A stretch of 64,000 bases of DNA from Patescibacteria group bacterium (GTDB lineage: Bacteria; Patescibacteriota; Patescibacteriia; Patescibacteriales; UBA12465). Position numbers and translations under genes: made by a program. The notes below the pieces were generated by a model. That model worked only from the letters and a program-made list of their open reading frames with translations, was not told the DNA's origin and ran no database searches. The stretch is taken from NCBI GenBank assembly GCA_041649315.1, contig JBAZNJ010000001.1, positions 284,549-348,548 of the forward strand, in the 5' to 3' direction. Shown here one piece after another: positions 10,969 through 19,886 of the stretch (position 1 is the first letter of the stretch; each line of letters opens with the position of its first letter).

Positions 10969-11007
10969 TCGTCCTCGCCCGCCGCCGGCTTGTTCAGTCC
11001 CCCGACT
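10969..11007. repeat. Collapsed remnant of the tRNA-Glu-associated unit
   Basis: CCTCGCCCGCCGCCGGC is identical to 18753-18769 and is followed by a degenerate GTTCGATTCCCCCGGCT. Confidence 0.6.
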
Positions 11008-11022
11008 TACGAGGCAAAATAA

Positions 11023-11051
11023 TTGACTTATTCCTTAAAATTTATTAATAT
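11023..11051 (+). promoter_or_regulatory. Sigma70-type promoter
   Basis: TTGACT-N17-TAATAT; AAGGAGG RBS before 11108. Confidence 0.6.
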
Positions 11052-11107
11052 AAACGGAATCGTAATTTAAAATTTAACTATTAATCACTATAAAAAGGAG
11101 GTAACTC

Positions 11108-11830
11108 ATGGAATTAGAAATTCGGGCTAAAAACAATCTTTTAGCATTAAAACAAAATCCTTATCCTGGTAGGGGAATTATTGTCGGCATGGATGAAACT
11201 GGTAAATACCTAATCCAAGTGTATTGGATTATGGGTCGTTCTGAAAACAGTCGTAACCGCGTTTTCGTAATTGAAGATAATGGCGTTCTAAAAACAGCGC
11301 CATTTGACCCCGCCAAAGTTAAGGACCCAAGCCTTATCATTTACACAGCAATGGCTGAAATCCTCACGCATTATGCGGTTAGCAATGGCCACCAAACACT
11401 GGATGCCTTGTCTATAAAAGGTCTGGACTCTTCACTGAAAAAATGGGAATACGAACCAGACAGTCCTAATTACACGCCTCGAATATCAGCCCTGCTTGAA
11501 CCAAGAGTTTTTGCGCCACAAATTGCGGAGTTATCTATTTTAAAAAAATCTCCGTTTAGTGATATGTGCAACAGATATTTGTATAAGTTGGATATATCCA
11601 GTCCGGGCTTAGGTTATTGTATTACTACCTATAATGGAGACGGCAATCCATTACCATCATTTACCGGCGATCCCTATTTGATACCGCTTACAGGAGGCAT
11701 CGAAGACATTGCACAAACTTTCTGGGATAGCCTGAACAAAGACAATAAAGTTTCACTGGCTGTGAAATTTATTGAAATTGACGAGCGCAATGTCTTAATG
11801 ACAAAAAGAAATATTCACGAAGGCGATTAA
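11108..11830 (+). CDS. IMP cyclohydrolase-like protein (PurO family)
   Basis: YPGRGI, YWIMGRSENSRNR, SNGHQT and YEPDSPNYTPRIS motifs. Confidence 0.85.
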   Translation: MELEIRAKNNLLALKQNPYPGRGIIVGMDETGKYLIQVYWIMGRSENSRNRVFVIEDNGVLKTAPFDPAKVKDPSLIIYTAMAEILTHYAVSNGHQTLDALSIKGLDSSLKKWEYEPDSPNYTPRISALLEPRVFAPQIAELSILKKSPFSDMCNRYLYKLDISSPGLGYCITTYNGDGNPLPSFTGDPYLIPLTGGIEDIAQTFWDSLNKDNKVSLAVKFIEIDERNVLMTKRNIHEGD

Positions 11831-11855
11831 AGGCCATCTAATCATGTCTAGTGCG

Positions 11856-11887
11856 AAACCCCGTTCTCATAAATTGAGCGGGGTTTT
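11856..11887 (+). terminator. Intrinsic terminator
   Basis: AAACCCCG...CGGGGTTTT. Confidence 0.7.
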
Positions 11888-11935
11888 ATAATATAAAACA
11901 GAATTTAACAAATATTGAACACTTTCTTTCGTTTT

Positions 11936-12012
11936 GTAGTCTTAAAATCTCGAGTTTCCGAAAAAATTGGTGAGATTATTGGGGAAATTGAGGAGTGGAC
12001 GGAAATTTTAAG
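11936..12012. repeat. att-junction-like repeat, divergent copy (R2)
   Basis: GTAGTCTTAAAATCT...GATTATTGGGGAAATTGAGGAGTGGACGGAAATTTT aligns with 14015-14090 and 18945-19018. Confidence 0.7.
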
Positions 12013-12032
12013 TTAAGCAGAAACTTTTTTTA

Positions 12033-12061
12033 TTGACAATCGTCTAATAATCGTCTATAAT
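12033..12061 (+). promoter_or_regulatory. Fic promoter with tandem AATCGTCTA repeats
   Basis: TTGACA-N17-TATAAT; AATCGTCTA occurs twice across the spacer. Confidence 0.75.
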
Positions 12062-12071
12062 ATGACTATCT

Positions 12072-13100
12072 ATGTTTAAGCCAAAATATACAATTACAAA
12101 TAAATTATTAGCTAATATTAAAAGAATTAGTGAAATTACTACCGAACTAAACAGTCGTAATTTTTCAAATATAGTTTTGCTTAATATGGAAAAACGCGCC
12201 CGCGAAATATCGGCATATTCGTCAACCAGTATTGAGGGCAACCCCCTGCCTTTAACAGACGTAAAAAGAATTTTGAAAAATAAACCGGAGAACGCCAGGG
12301 ATAGCGAAAAAGAAGTTTTAAACTATAATAAAGCGCTAATTGAATTAGACGCTTTACTTAAATCCCGCCGGGAAATATTTAACATTGAATTAATATTACA
12401 AATTCAGCGGGCAATAACTAATGGTCTGATTGAAGATTATCGTTGCGGCCAAATTCGTCAAGAACCGGTTTTCGTAAACAATCCTAAAACGCGTCAAACC
12501 GTCTACCTGCCGCCCGACCATCAAGAAGTTGATAAACTATTAAATGAGCTTTTCTATTATTTGAGCGCCAATAAAGAAATAACCGACCCCTTGATTTTAG
12601 CCGGTCTTTTCCATAAACAATTCGTAATTATTCATCCTTTTATAGACGGTAACGGCCGAACGGCTCGATTAGCCACCAAGGCCTTGTTAGCCAAAATGGG
12701 GCTTAATACTTTTTATCTTTTTAGTTTTGAAAATTATTATAACAAAAATGTTAGTCGTTATTTTCAAGAAGTCGGCGTTTTAGGAAATTATTATGAAATT
12801 AAAGACGACATAGACTTTACTTCCTGGTTAGAGTATTTCACGGATGGTATTATTGATGAGCTCCTACGTGTTATTAAAGAGCTAGTTGAAGAAAATAGTT
12901 CTCCGGCCAAAGAATTAAAAGAGCATCATTTAAAAATAATAAATCACATAAAAAAGAGGGGGTATATTGCCGACAGGGATTATGCTCTATTAACTAAACG
13001 CGCCAAGCCGACGAGAAACTTAGATTTTAGAAAATTAATCGCCGATGGAATAATTGAAAAAGTCGGAAAAGGCAAGGCGACTTATTATAGGTTGAGATAA
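12072..13100 (+). CDS. Fic-family protein with C-terminal winged HTH
   Basis: HPFIDGNGRTAR catalytic motif, STSIEGN inhibitory motif, C-terminal GKGKATYY. Confidence 0.92.
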   Translation: MFKPKYTITNKLLANIKRISEITTELNSRNFSNIVLLNMEKRAREISAYSSTSIEGNPLPLTDVKRILKNKPENARDSEKEVLNYNKALIELDALLKSRREIFNIELILQIQRAITNGLIEDYRCGQIRQEPVFVNNPKTRQTVYLPPDHQEVDKLLNELFYYLSANKEITDPLILAGLFHKQFVIIHPFIDGNGRTARLATKALLAKMGLNTFYLFSFENYYNKNVSRYFQEVGVLGNYYEIKDDIDFTSWLEYFTDGIIDELLRVIKELVEENSSPAKELKEHHLKIINHIKKRGYIADRDYALLTKRAKPTRNLDFRKLIADGIIEKVGKGKATYYRLR

Positions 13101-13264
13101 AATGAGGGATTATTGCTGGCAAAAATTAAAGAGTCGCAATCAAGATTAAAAGATTACTATATTAAAAATTTAAAAGATAAAAATCTCTATGCTTAAAAAA
13201 ATTCAATTCAAGCTCGCAAAGGCGATTTTCTAAGCGTAGGCGTGCTTGAAGTCGTTGATTAAAT

Positions 13265-13915
13265 ATGACATTTGTTAAAAATAATCCTTATAAATTTGTG
13301 CTTGTAGGATTTCTTGTATTAGTATTTATTTGTACAAGTGTCTTTTTTATAGCAAAAAACAAAAAGCCAAGAAAAGAGCAGGAAGCGCTTTTATCAAGAG
13401 TTGATTATCGAATATTCGCTTGTGGCGAAGAAATATTATTAAAAATAGATAAAGAAGCTATCAAGTTTAAAAAAAATGGTTTGTTTGCGCGCAGTAAATC
13501 CGGGGAGATCATCGCTGACGGCTTAATTTTAAATGATGAGAATATTTCGCTAAATTCATTTTTTGAATTATTTGGCGGGACTATTGAATACACAGATAAT
13601 CATGAGGCCGAGCTTCGCATGCCAACTGAAACAGGCGTACGTGAATTTCAATCTGGAGATTTATGTAAGGGAAAAGAAGCGGATCTTTATGTAATAAATC
13701 ATCGAGTTGAAACAGGAACAACCCCATGGTCTATTTATTCGAGAATCATATGGAAATATTGGGATTATACTTTAATGAATAATTACGGCAAAGTTCCTCC
13801 TGGTGATTGTCTGATTTTTCTTTTTGATTCCGAGGATGTGTTAGACCGCCCATGGCCAACTTGCCCTTCTCACGATAGGGCGCTTGCTAATGGAGAATTA
13901 ATTTTAGAAAAATAA
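13265..13915 (+). CDS. Hypothetical protein with N-terminal TM anchor
   Basis: 216-aa ORF with hydrophobic N-terminus. Confidence 0.7.
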   Translation: MTFVKNNPYKFVLVGFLVLVFICTSVFFIAKNKKPRKEQEALLSRVDYRIFACGEEILLKIDKEAIKFKKNGLFARSKSGEIIADGLILNDENISLNSFFELFGGTIEYTDNHEAELRMPTETGVREFQSGDLCKGKEADLYVINHRVETGTTPWSIYSRIIWKYWDYTLMNNYGKVPPGDCLIFLFDSEDVLDRPWPTCPSHDRALANGELILEK

Positions 13916-13951
13916 CCACTTTTTGTAAACGTTAACTGATTTAAAAATATA

Positions 13952-14080
13952 TTCGATTCCCCCGGCTAACGCCGTCTAATTAAAAAGCGCCCAGCTAACG
14001 CTGAGCCCTTTTTAATAGCCCTAAAATCTGAGGTTTGACAAAATTACAACGGGATTATTAGGGAAATTGAGAAGTGGGCG
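13952..14080. repeat. 129-bp direct repeat, copy R3
   Basis: 127/129 identical to 18882-19010. Confidence 0.95.
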
Positions 14081-14106
14081 AAAATTTTAAGGCGAAACGA
14101 TCCTCT

Positions 14107-14385
14107 CTAACCTTTCGTCAAAAGTCCTATAATCATTACAGTGGCAAATATTGCCCATATGATACTTATAAGGATTTTATTTTTCTTTTTTTCATCTCCT
14201 CTTTTTTTAGCTGTTGAATCAACCCAATCGTCTAAATAGTGTATCCCGAACATCAATAGAAAAAAGGCTATTATACTAATAAATGGTTTGTCGACCAAGT
14301 AGTTAGCGACATTTGTTGCAAAAACAAGAAAAGAAAACAATATTATAAAAAGAAAAATCAAAATATAGTAAATTAAATAAGTCAT
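14107..14385 (-). CDS. Small hypothetical membrane protein
   Basis: Three TM segments; start adjusted to MTYL. Confidence 0.6.
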   Translation of the reverse strand: MTYLIYYILIFLFIILFSFLVFATNVANYLVDKPFISIIAFFLLMFGIHYLDDWVDSTAKKRGDEKKKNKILISIIWAIFATVMIIGLLTKG

Positions 14386-14389
14386 ATTA

Positions 14390-14605
14390 TTAATTAATTT
14401 TCTCTGCTGTAAGATATTCTGCACGAGCTTCTTCGACTTCCTTTTCCATTATTTTAATTTTTTCAATCTCTTTCGGTGTTAGTGCTTTTTTAGAAGAATC
14501 AAATTTACCGCCGATCCACCCTCCCCCCATGAATTGTTTTCTATATTCTTTCAATCGTTGCTCAAGCTCCATATATTTTTTAAGAGTCTCTTTTTTATCG
14601 TTCAT
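14390..14605 (-). CDS. Small hypothetical protein
   Basis: 71-aa ORF, 4-nt gaps to both neighbours. Confidence 0.6.
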   Translation of the reverse strand: MNDKKETLKKYMELEQRLKEYRKQFMGGGWIGGKFDSSKKALTPKEIEKIKIMEKEVEEARAEYLTAEKIN

Positions 14606-14609
14606 AAAC

Positions 14610-14906
14610 TTATTGTTTATCTAGCTTATTTTTGAAATGCCTTTTTTCTGCCCTCATGCTGTAAGCAACGTCTTCAACCGCCACTAATTTACTTCTACTT
14701 AGTACAGTCTTTACCGCCCTTGGGATATCATCAAAGTAATTAAACATTTCATCGCTAGGCTTAACTCCTTTCGTTTGATTAGCCTCTAAATGAACATTGC
14801 CACATGTCCAAAATGGTATCTGTTTATTTTTATCCCCTACGTGATCCGGCAAATCATTCGTAAAAAAACGAATTGTTATGCCGATTGTTTTATTATCTTT
14901 CTTCAT
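14610..14906 (-). CDS. Hypothetical protein
   Basis: 98-aa ORF co-oriented downstream of the methyltransferase. Confidence 0.65.
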   Translation of the reverse strand: MKKDNKTIGITIRFFTNDLPDHVGDKNKQIPFWTCGNVHLEANQTKGVKPSDEMFNYFDDIPRAVKTVLSRSKLVAVEDVAYSMRAEKRHFKNKLDKQ

Positions 14907-14946
14907 AAGATTACTATATTGCTTAATAAAAATTAATAACTACGCT

Positions 14947-15984
14947 TTATTTTGCATACACATCTAGATGATCATATAACTTTTGTGCTTGCCTCTTAGC
15001 AAAAATCGGGGGAACGGCGTCTCCTATTAATCTTGAAACACTTATTAATCCAGCATAAGCAGGAAAATAGTAATTTATAGGGAAACTCTGAAGCAACGAA
15101 GCCTCTCTCATTGTAATTGCTCTATTCTTTGTTGGGTGCAAGTATCTGCCTTTTGAGGGATTGAAACAACCCCCAGTTAGTGTTGGGGCTACGTCATCCC
15201 ATTTTATCCTGCCGTATACATCTCGAAACCCCTCTGTTTTTATATGGCAAGGTAGCTGCTTTTTGAGAGCCGATCTACTCCCGCCATTTTTAGGTATTTT
15301 AGATATTAATTTTTTAATTCTTGGGGTATTTTTCAAAAATAACTTATGTAATGAATCCTCGGACCCGGCGGGATTCGGCAGATATTCTATCACGGACCTT
15401 ACCGTTTTTAACTTTTTATCAGGGTTAGGGAGTTCTGGCGCGCCGATTCTAGACGCCATAAAAATGAATCTTTTTCTCCGTTGTGGCGCACCGTAATTAG
15501 CAGCATTTAATATTGAACACACCGATTGATATCCAATTTCTTTTAAGTTCTTTTCAAATTTCTTAAATCGTTCGTCCAAAGATAGCCCTGGTACATTTTC
15601 CATAAGAACAGTTTTTGGTCTAATTTGTATGATTAGTCTCAAAAATTCAAATACCAAATCGTTTCTTGGGTCATCAGTACTTAATCTGTTTAAATTTTTT
15701 ATACGCGAAAACCCCTGACAAGGAGGACAACCGGCAAGCAAATCTAATTCGCCTCGTTTCACGCCAGCTGCCTTTAATAGACTTCGTCCGCTAACTTTCC
15801 GTATATCAGATTCAATTAAATTTGTTTTTGTGTGATTTTTTCTGTAGGTTAATGCTGCCAGGGGGTCAATTTCTACGGCAGCTTTAACTATAAAGCCTGC
15901 TTTTTTAAGGCCAAGAGACAAGCCGCCGCAACCAGAAAATAAATCCATTGCTTTGTATTTTTTTGTTTTCTTCTTACTACTCAT
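14947..15984 (-). CDS. DNA (cytosine-5)-methyltransferase
   Basis: DLFSGCGG, GCPPCQGFS, ENV and QRRKR motifs. Confidence 0.95.
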   Translation of the reverse strand: MSSKKKTKKYKAMDLFSGCGGLSLGLKKAGFIVKAAVEIDPLAALTYRKNHTKTNLIESDIRKVSGRSLLKAAGVKRGELDLLAGCPPCQGFSRIKNLNRLSTDDPRNDLVFEFLRLIIQIRPKTVLMENVPGLSLDERFKKFEKNLKEIGYQSVCSILNAANYGAPQRRKRFIFMASRIGAPELPNPDKKLKTVRSVIEYLPNPAGSEDSLHKLFLKNTPRIKKLISKIPKNGGSRSALKKQLPCHIKTEGFRDVYGRIKWDDVAPTLTGGCFNPSKGRYLHPTKNRAITMREASLLQSFPINYYFPAYAGLISVSRLIGDAVPPIFAKRQAQKLYDHLDVYAK

Positions 15985-15989
15985 AAATA

Positions 15990-17987
15990 TTATCTTTCAA
16001 AACTAAAGGCTAATACATAGTTTCCCTCTGGAAATCTCAACGCTGGCCACCACACTTCAAGACCTTTGCTGCTTTTTTTAAGTTTATAAATATATAAAGT
16101 CGGTGCGTCTTTTGGGGCCAAATCGTCCTCTCCTCCAGAGAGGAAGTTTTGCGTTTCTCTTCTTGACTCGTTTAAATCTCGTCCCTTTTTAACCACAATG
16201 TAAGCTTTGTTTCCATAAAGAGATTTAATTTGATCTAATGCGGCGATTATTGTTTTGTGATTCCATAACTCGGCTCCGTATTCCGGATCATGCTCGCATT
16301 TCTGTATTATCTCTTGAAGTAATTCTATATTCACTTGCGAGCATGGCTGATTGTTATCAAATTGAGATAACATCTTATCGAGCCATACAGTGTTATCGGC
16401 CATTTCGTCAGTTCTTAATGGGTACGATGGGTTACAGTAACCACCAGCTACATAAAGACCAATCGAGTTAGGGTCGAGCACATTCGATCTAGTTGCGTGC
16501 AGAGGAGATGAAATAAAAATACCTTCAAACTTTCCTTCAGGGTATTTTTCTACTAAATCCCTAAGAGCGCTTTCCATTTGATGGATTAGACGAAAATGTT
16601 CGGACAATTTTTCAGGTAAAAATAATCTCGTTACTCCTAAATCATTTTGCCTGTACCCATACATTCTCGCATGCTGTAAAACGGTATCGGCATTTGGTTT
16701 TTTGGGATTTCGTCCATAATAGCTAACAAGTAAATTTTTGATTGTTACTCCTCGGCCTAATTTATTGCCCCCAACAAATATATTATAAACGGAATCGAGT
16801 TTTATTTCCTCATTGGAAGCAGCATTAATTAATTTTATACTTGCGCCGCGCAAATAAAATTTTATTTTATCAATAATTTTTTCAAATTCCGGCATGCCTT
16901 GTTGCGTCTGTTGTAAATCAACATAAGCCTCCTTGAACTGGGGCATTAACCTATCAACCTCAGCAAGCGGATAATTCTGAAACACGTTCATCGTTTCTTC
17001 CTTAAATTTATCTATCAAATTTACAATATACTGATGATCAATTTTCGTATGACTGACATGGCACAAAAAAGCATAGCCCTCTGCTGGGTTCTGTATTATT
17101 TTAAAAGTGGCCCCAATAAGAAATGTGCATAGGGCTTTTTTTAATCCCGTGGGGATTGTTCCACTCGGCGTTGGCTGATAGCTAGCATGAAGCAAATCTA
17201 CTTCTTCTAAGTCAACAGGTTTTAACAATTTGGAGCCAACCTCAAAAAACACATCGCCTCCAACATATCCTGGGCCGGGAGCGCTTAGAATAGTAAAGGA
17301 TGGCCTGTATCTGTGATCCGGCCTCTGTAAGAATAATGCTTGGGGAGTTGCGGTTACCTGTAAATAAGTATTAACAGGGAAAAAATCTCTAAACTGGGTT
17401 ATTATCTCATTGGTGCTACTGATTTGCTCACCACCTTTGCTGGTGTACGTGTTTAAACTAGCTTGATCGGCTTCATCATCAATAATGAGCGTTGACAACC
17501 CTTTCGCCCCGGCCTTTTTAAAGGCGTCTAACAAGCTACGTAATTTTGGTACACCCTTGGAACACACTATAGCAAAAGGAGTTGTGCGTATTTGTCTTTG
17601 GAATCTAGCCGGGTCATTCCAATCATCTTTTCCCATAACTGTTAATCCACGCAAAACTTTTCTTACTCTCTCTAGAGTTTGTTCATATAAAGGGTCATAA
17701 TTTGATGTTAATATTAATAAAAATTGAAAGCCATTGTCTACCGCCATTGCGGCAGCTACCGTAATAATACTTGTTTTACCGCTTTGAATAAGACCATATA
17801 ACAACCCATCGCTAGGATATTCTGGTGGCCCAGCAATTGGATCAACTGATTTTTCAATAAGTTTAGCCGCCTTTTCAGTTATCGCCACTATTGACTCAGG
17901 ATATTTTATTTCGTTGGCGAGTACGCTAAGAACTTCAGTCGTGTGTTGACCATCATGAATTAAAACTTTTTGGTTTTGTTCACTCAT
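15990..17987 (-). CDS. Z1-domain protein with SF2 helicase-like N-terminus
   Basis: GLIQSGKT, IIDDEAD, TATP, GNKLGRGVTIKNL and DTVLQHARMYGYR motifs. Confidence 0.88.
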   Translation of the reverse strand: MSEQNQKVLIHDGQHTTEVLSVLANEIKYPESIVAITEKAAKLIEKSVDPIAGPPEYPSDGLLYGLIQSGKTSIITVAAAMAVDNGFQFLLILTSNYDPLYEQTLERVRKVLRGLTVMGKDDWNDPARFQRQIRTTPFAIVCSKGVPKLRSLLDAFKKAGAKGLSTLIIDDEADQASLNTYTSKGGEQISSTNEIITQFRDFFPVNTYLQVTATPQALFLQRPDHRYRPSFTILSAPGPGYVGGDVFFEVGSKLLKPVDLEEVDLLHASYQPTPSGTIPTGLKKALCTFLIGATFKIIQNPAEGYAFLCHVSHTKIDHQYIVNLIDKFKEETMNVFQNYPLAEVDRLMPQFKEAYVDLQQTQQGMPEFEKIIDKIKFYLRGASIKLINAASNEEIKLDSVYNIFVGGNKLGRGVTIKNLLVSYYGRNPKKPNADTVLQHARMYGYRQNDLGVTRLFLPEKLSEHFRLIHQMESALRDLVEKYPEGKFEGIFISSPLHATRSNVLDPNSIGLYVAGGYCNPSYPLRTDEMADNTVWLDKMLSQFDNNQPCSQVNIELLQEIIQKCEHDPEYGAELWNHKTIIAALDQIKSLYGNKAYIVVKKGRDLNESRRETQNFLSGGEDDLAPKDAPTLYIYKLKKSSKGLEVWWPALRFPEGNYVLAFSFER

Positions 17988-17993
17988 ATAATT

Positions 17994-18410
17994 TTAATTA
18001 ATTACTATTTCCGGCCAATCCTGCAATGGTACCTTGTGGCTCAATTTTCCATTCGGACCCGCGACGGCATATTGCTCATTAAAATTTCTTTTAGCCGACA
18101 GCCACATGACAGCACCGTCCAAAAGAGTAGACGCCTCCGCCCAGTCTATAGCGCATACGCCATCCCCGCCGCACACAAGTGCAATAACACCCTTTACCCA
18201 TAGCTTCTCTGATTCAAGAAGAAAATTTACTTCTTCACTGCTAATAATGAAACGCCACGGGCTTTTAACTTTTGTCGAATATTTAATAAGAACGGCCGAT
18301 TTATCGTTGATAAGGTAGCCTATTCCAAACCGCTTAATATTAGAACATTTCTGAGAATTTAAGGCTCTGATGAGGGCTGAGCCATAGTAAAATTCTTGTT
18401 TGTCTATCAT
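17994..18410 (-). CDS. Hypothetical protein, first gene of the Z1-Dcm operon
   Basis: ATG start MIDKQEFYYG; 6-nt gap to the Z1 gene. Confidence 0.7.
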   Translation of the reverse strand: MIDKQEFYYGSALIRALNSQKCSNIKRFGIGYLINDKSAVLIKYSTKVKSPWRFIISSEEVNFLLESEKLWVKGVIALVCGGDGVCAIDWAEASTLLDGAVMWLSAKRNFNEQYAVAGPNGKLSHKVPLQDWPEIVIN

Positions 18411-18729
18411 ATATTGATGATATTTATATTTTAGCACTTTTTTCCAAAGACGGAAATTGCGAATAATCAAATAATTTTAGTCCATTGATTCGCCTTCCAT
18501 TTTTTGCTATAATGCTCTCATAGACTTATTAATAAACAATAATAAGGCAGGAAGATAAAACCTAGCTACGGCTAGTCAGATTACGTCCATGAATTTAAAC
18601 ACGCAGTCTTCAATATAATAACGAGCAAAGTCTAAATCTTTGCCAACTCAACTTAAAACACGAGCAATATATCCGGATATATGACTTGTGTTTTTTGTTT
18701 GGCCGAGTGGCCGTCTTATCGGGATTACA

Positions 18730-18893
18730 GTCTACCCTAGGGGAATCATCGCCCTCGCCCGCCGCCGGCAAAGCGGCGGGCTAACTTGTCCTGGGTCAGC
18801 GTTAAGCATCCCCCGGATGCTTAGCGACGCTCTCCTTTTCGCTTCGCCTCCCGGCTCAGCTCAAGACTCGCTTCTGACCTGTTCGATTCCCCC
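18730..18893 (-). repeat. tRNA-Glu-associated structured unit 3
   Basis: Minus strand: GGGGGAATCGAACAGGTCAG...CTGACCCAGGACAAG...GATTCCCCTAGGGTAGAC. Confidence 0.8.
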
Positions 18894-19010
18894 GGCTAAC
18901 GCCGTCTAATTAAAAAGCGCCCAGCTAACGCTGAGCCCTTTTTAATAGCCCTAAAATCTGGGGTTTGACAAAATTACAACGGGATTATTAGGGAAATTGA
19001 GAAGTGGACG
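18882..19010. repeat. 129-bp direct repeat, copy R4 (inverted T-arm + terminator + att-like arm)
   Basis: 127/129 identical to 13952-14080. Confidence 0.95.
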
Positions 19011-19713
19011 GAATTTTCCAATCATCAGGTTTATGAAAGTCACCATTAATATCCACCATATCATCAAAAAATTGAGAATTTGCTAATGCCAATTTTCGAA
19101 TTATCTTTATGTCTTTATTTACGGCATCTTGAAGCTTATGATTGGTTTTTTTATAAGGGTTTAACAATCTTACTTTTAATCCATCACGACTATTTGCTAT
19201 TTTTATCGATTCCGCCAAATCAGAATCATTAGAAACTATTATGGCGACATCAAACTTTTTTTCATAAACATCTACAATTAGATGGGTGGCTAAATTTACA
19301 TTAGAACCTTTTTCTTCGGTTTTTTTGACAACCAGGTAATTTTTGCCAAGTAAAGGGAGTCTGGTTTGCGCTTTGTCGAATTCAACGTTAGCCTCTTGTC
19401 GGCCTGTTTTTTGACATTTTTCAGGCACAAACATTGTGGCCTCGTTTTCCAAAAAAGTTCCTGGTATTATTTCTAAATTAGGAAGAGTGCGCAGAGCTCG
19501 AAAATATGTTAACTGTCTAACCGGTTTATCCAAATCATCCTTGCGAGCCTTAGTGACAGCTGAAAAATATTTTATTTTTTTAATCTCATATTTTGGAAAA
19601 TAAAAACCGGCCAATTTGTTTAAATCTAGCCATTTATAACTAGTTCTCTTCAGGCTGCCATAGAAAAGATTAAAACCATCGACATATATATACGCCGTTA
19701 ATTTTTTTGCCAT
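18988..19713 (-). CDS. NYN-domain (LabA/DUF88 PIN-like) nuclease
   Basis: YVDGFNLF, EEKGSNVNL and SNDSDL motifs; start adjusted to MAKKLT. Confidence 0.88.
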   Translation of the reverse strand: MAKKLTAYIYVDGFNLFYGSLKRTSYKWLDLNKLAGFYFPKYEIKKIKYFSAVTKARKDDLDKPVRQLTYFRALRTLPNLEIIPGTFLENEATMFVPEKCQKTGRQEANVEFDKAQTRLPLLGKNYLVVKKTEEKGSNVNLATHLIVDVYEKKFDVAIIVSNDSDLAESIKIANSRDGLKVRLLNPYKKTNHKLQDAVNKDIKIIRKLALANSQFFDDMVDINGDFHKPDDWKIPSTSQFP

Positions 19714-19729
19714 ATCACGTCTAGATAAA

Positions 19730-19789
19730 AGCAGAGGTCGCCTTACGGCGACCTCGCGTTCTGCCACCGAAGCGACAGAAGTAGTATAT
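19730..19789 (-). ncRNA. Two-hairpin leader RNA upstream of NYN
   Basis: TTCTGTCGC-TTCG-GTGGCAGAA and GAGGTCGCC-GTAA-GGCGACCTC. Confidence 0.55.
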
Positions 19790-19795
19790 GACTAT

Positions 19796-19824
19796 ATTAT
19801 ATAGCAAGCGCTTGCTAATGTAAA
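19796..19824 (-). promoter_or_regulatory. Promoter with a perfect 16-bp palindrome in the spacer
   Basis: TTTACA-N17-TATAAT; TAGCAAGCGCTTGCTA at 19802-19817. Confidence 0.7.
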
Positions 19825-19886
19825 GAGCTAAACTTTCGCTAATTCTACAAACAAAAAGAGAACTGGCACAAGCCAGTTCCCCGATA

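Noticed and set aside
18570-18720. Possible pseudogene fragment
   Set aside because: Short, interrupted frames with no recognisable family
18688-18909. 73-aa ORF, and also the ORF at 19721-19915
   Set aside because: They overlap GC-rich palindromic repeats or the NYN leader; chance open frames
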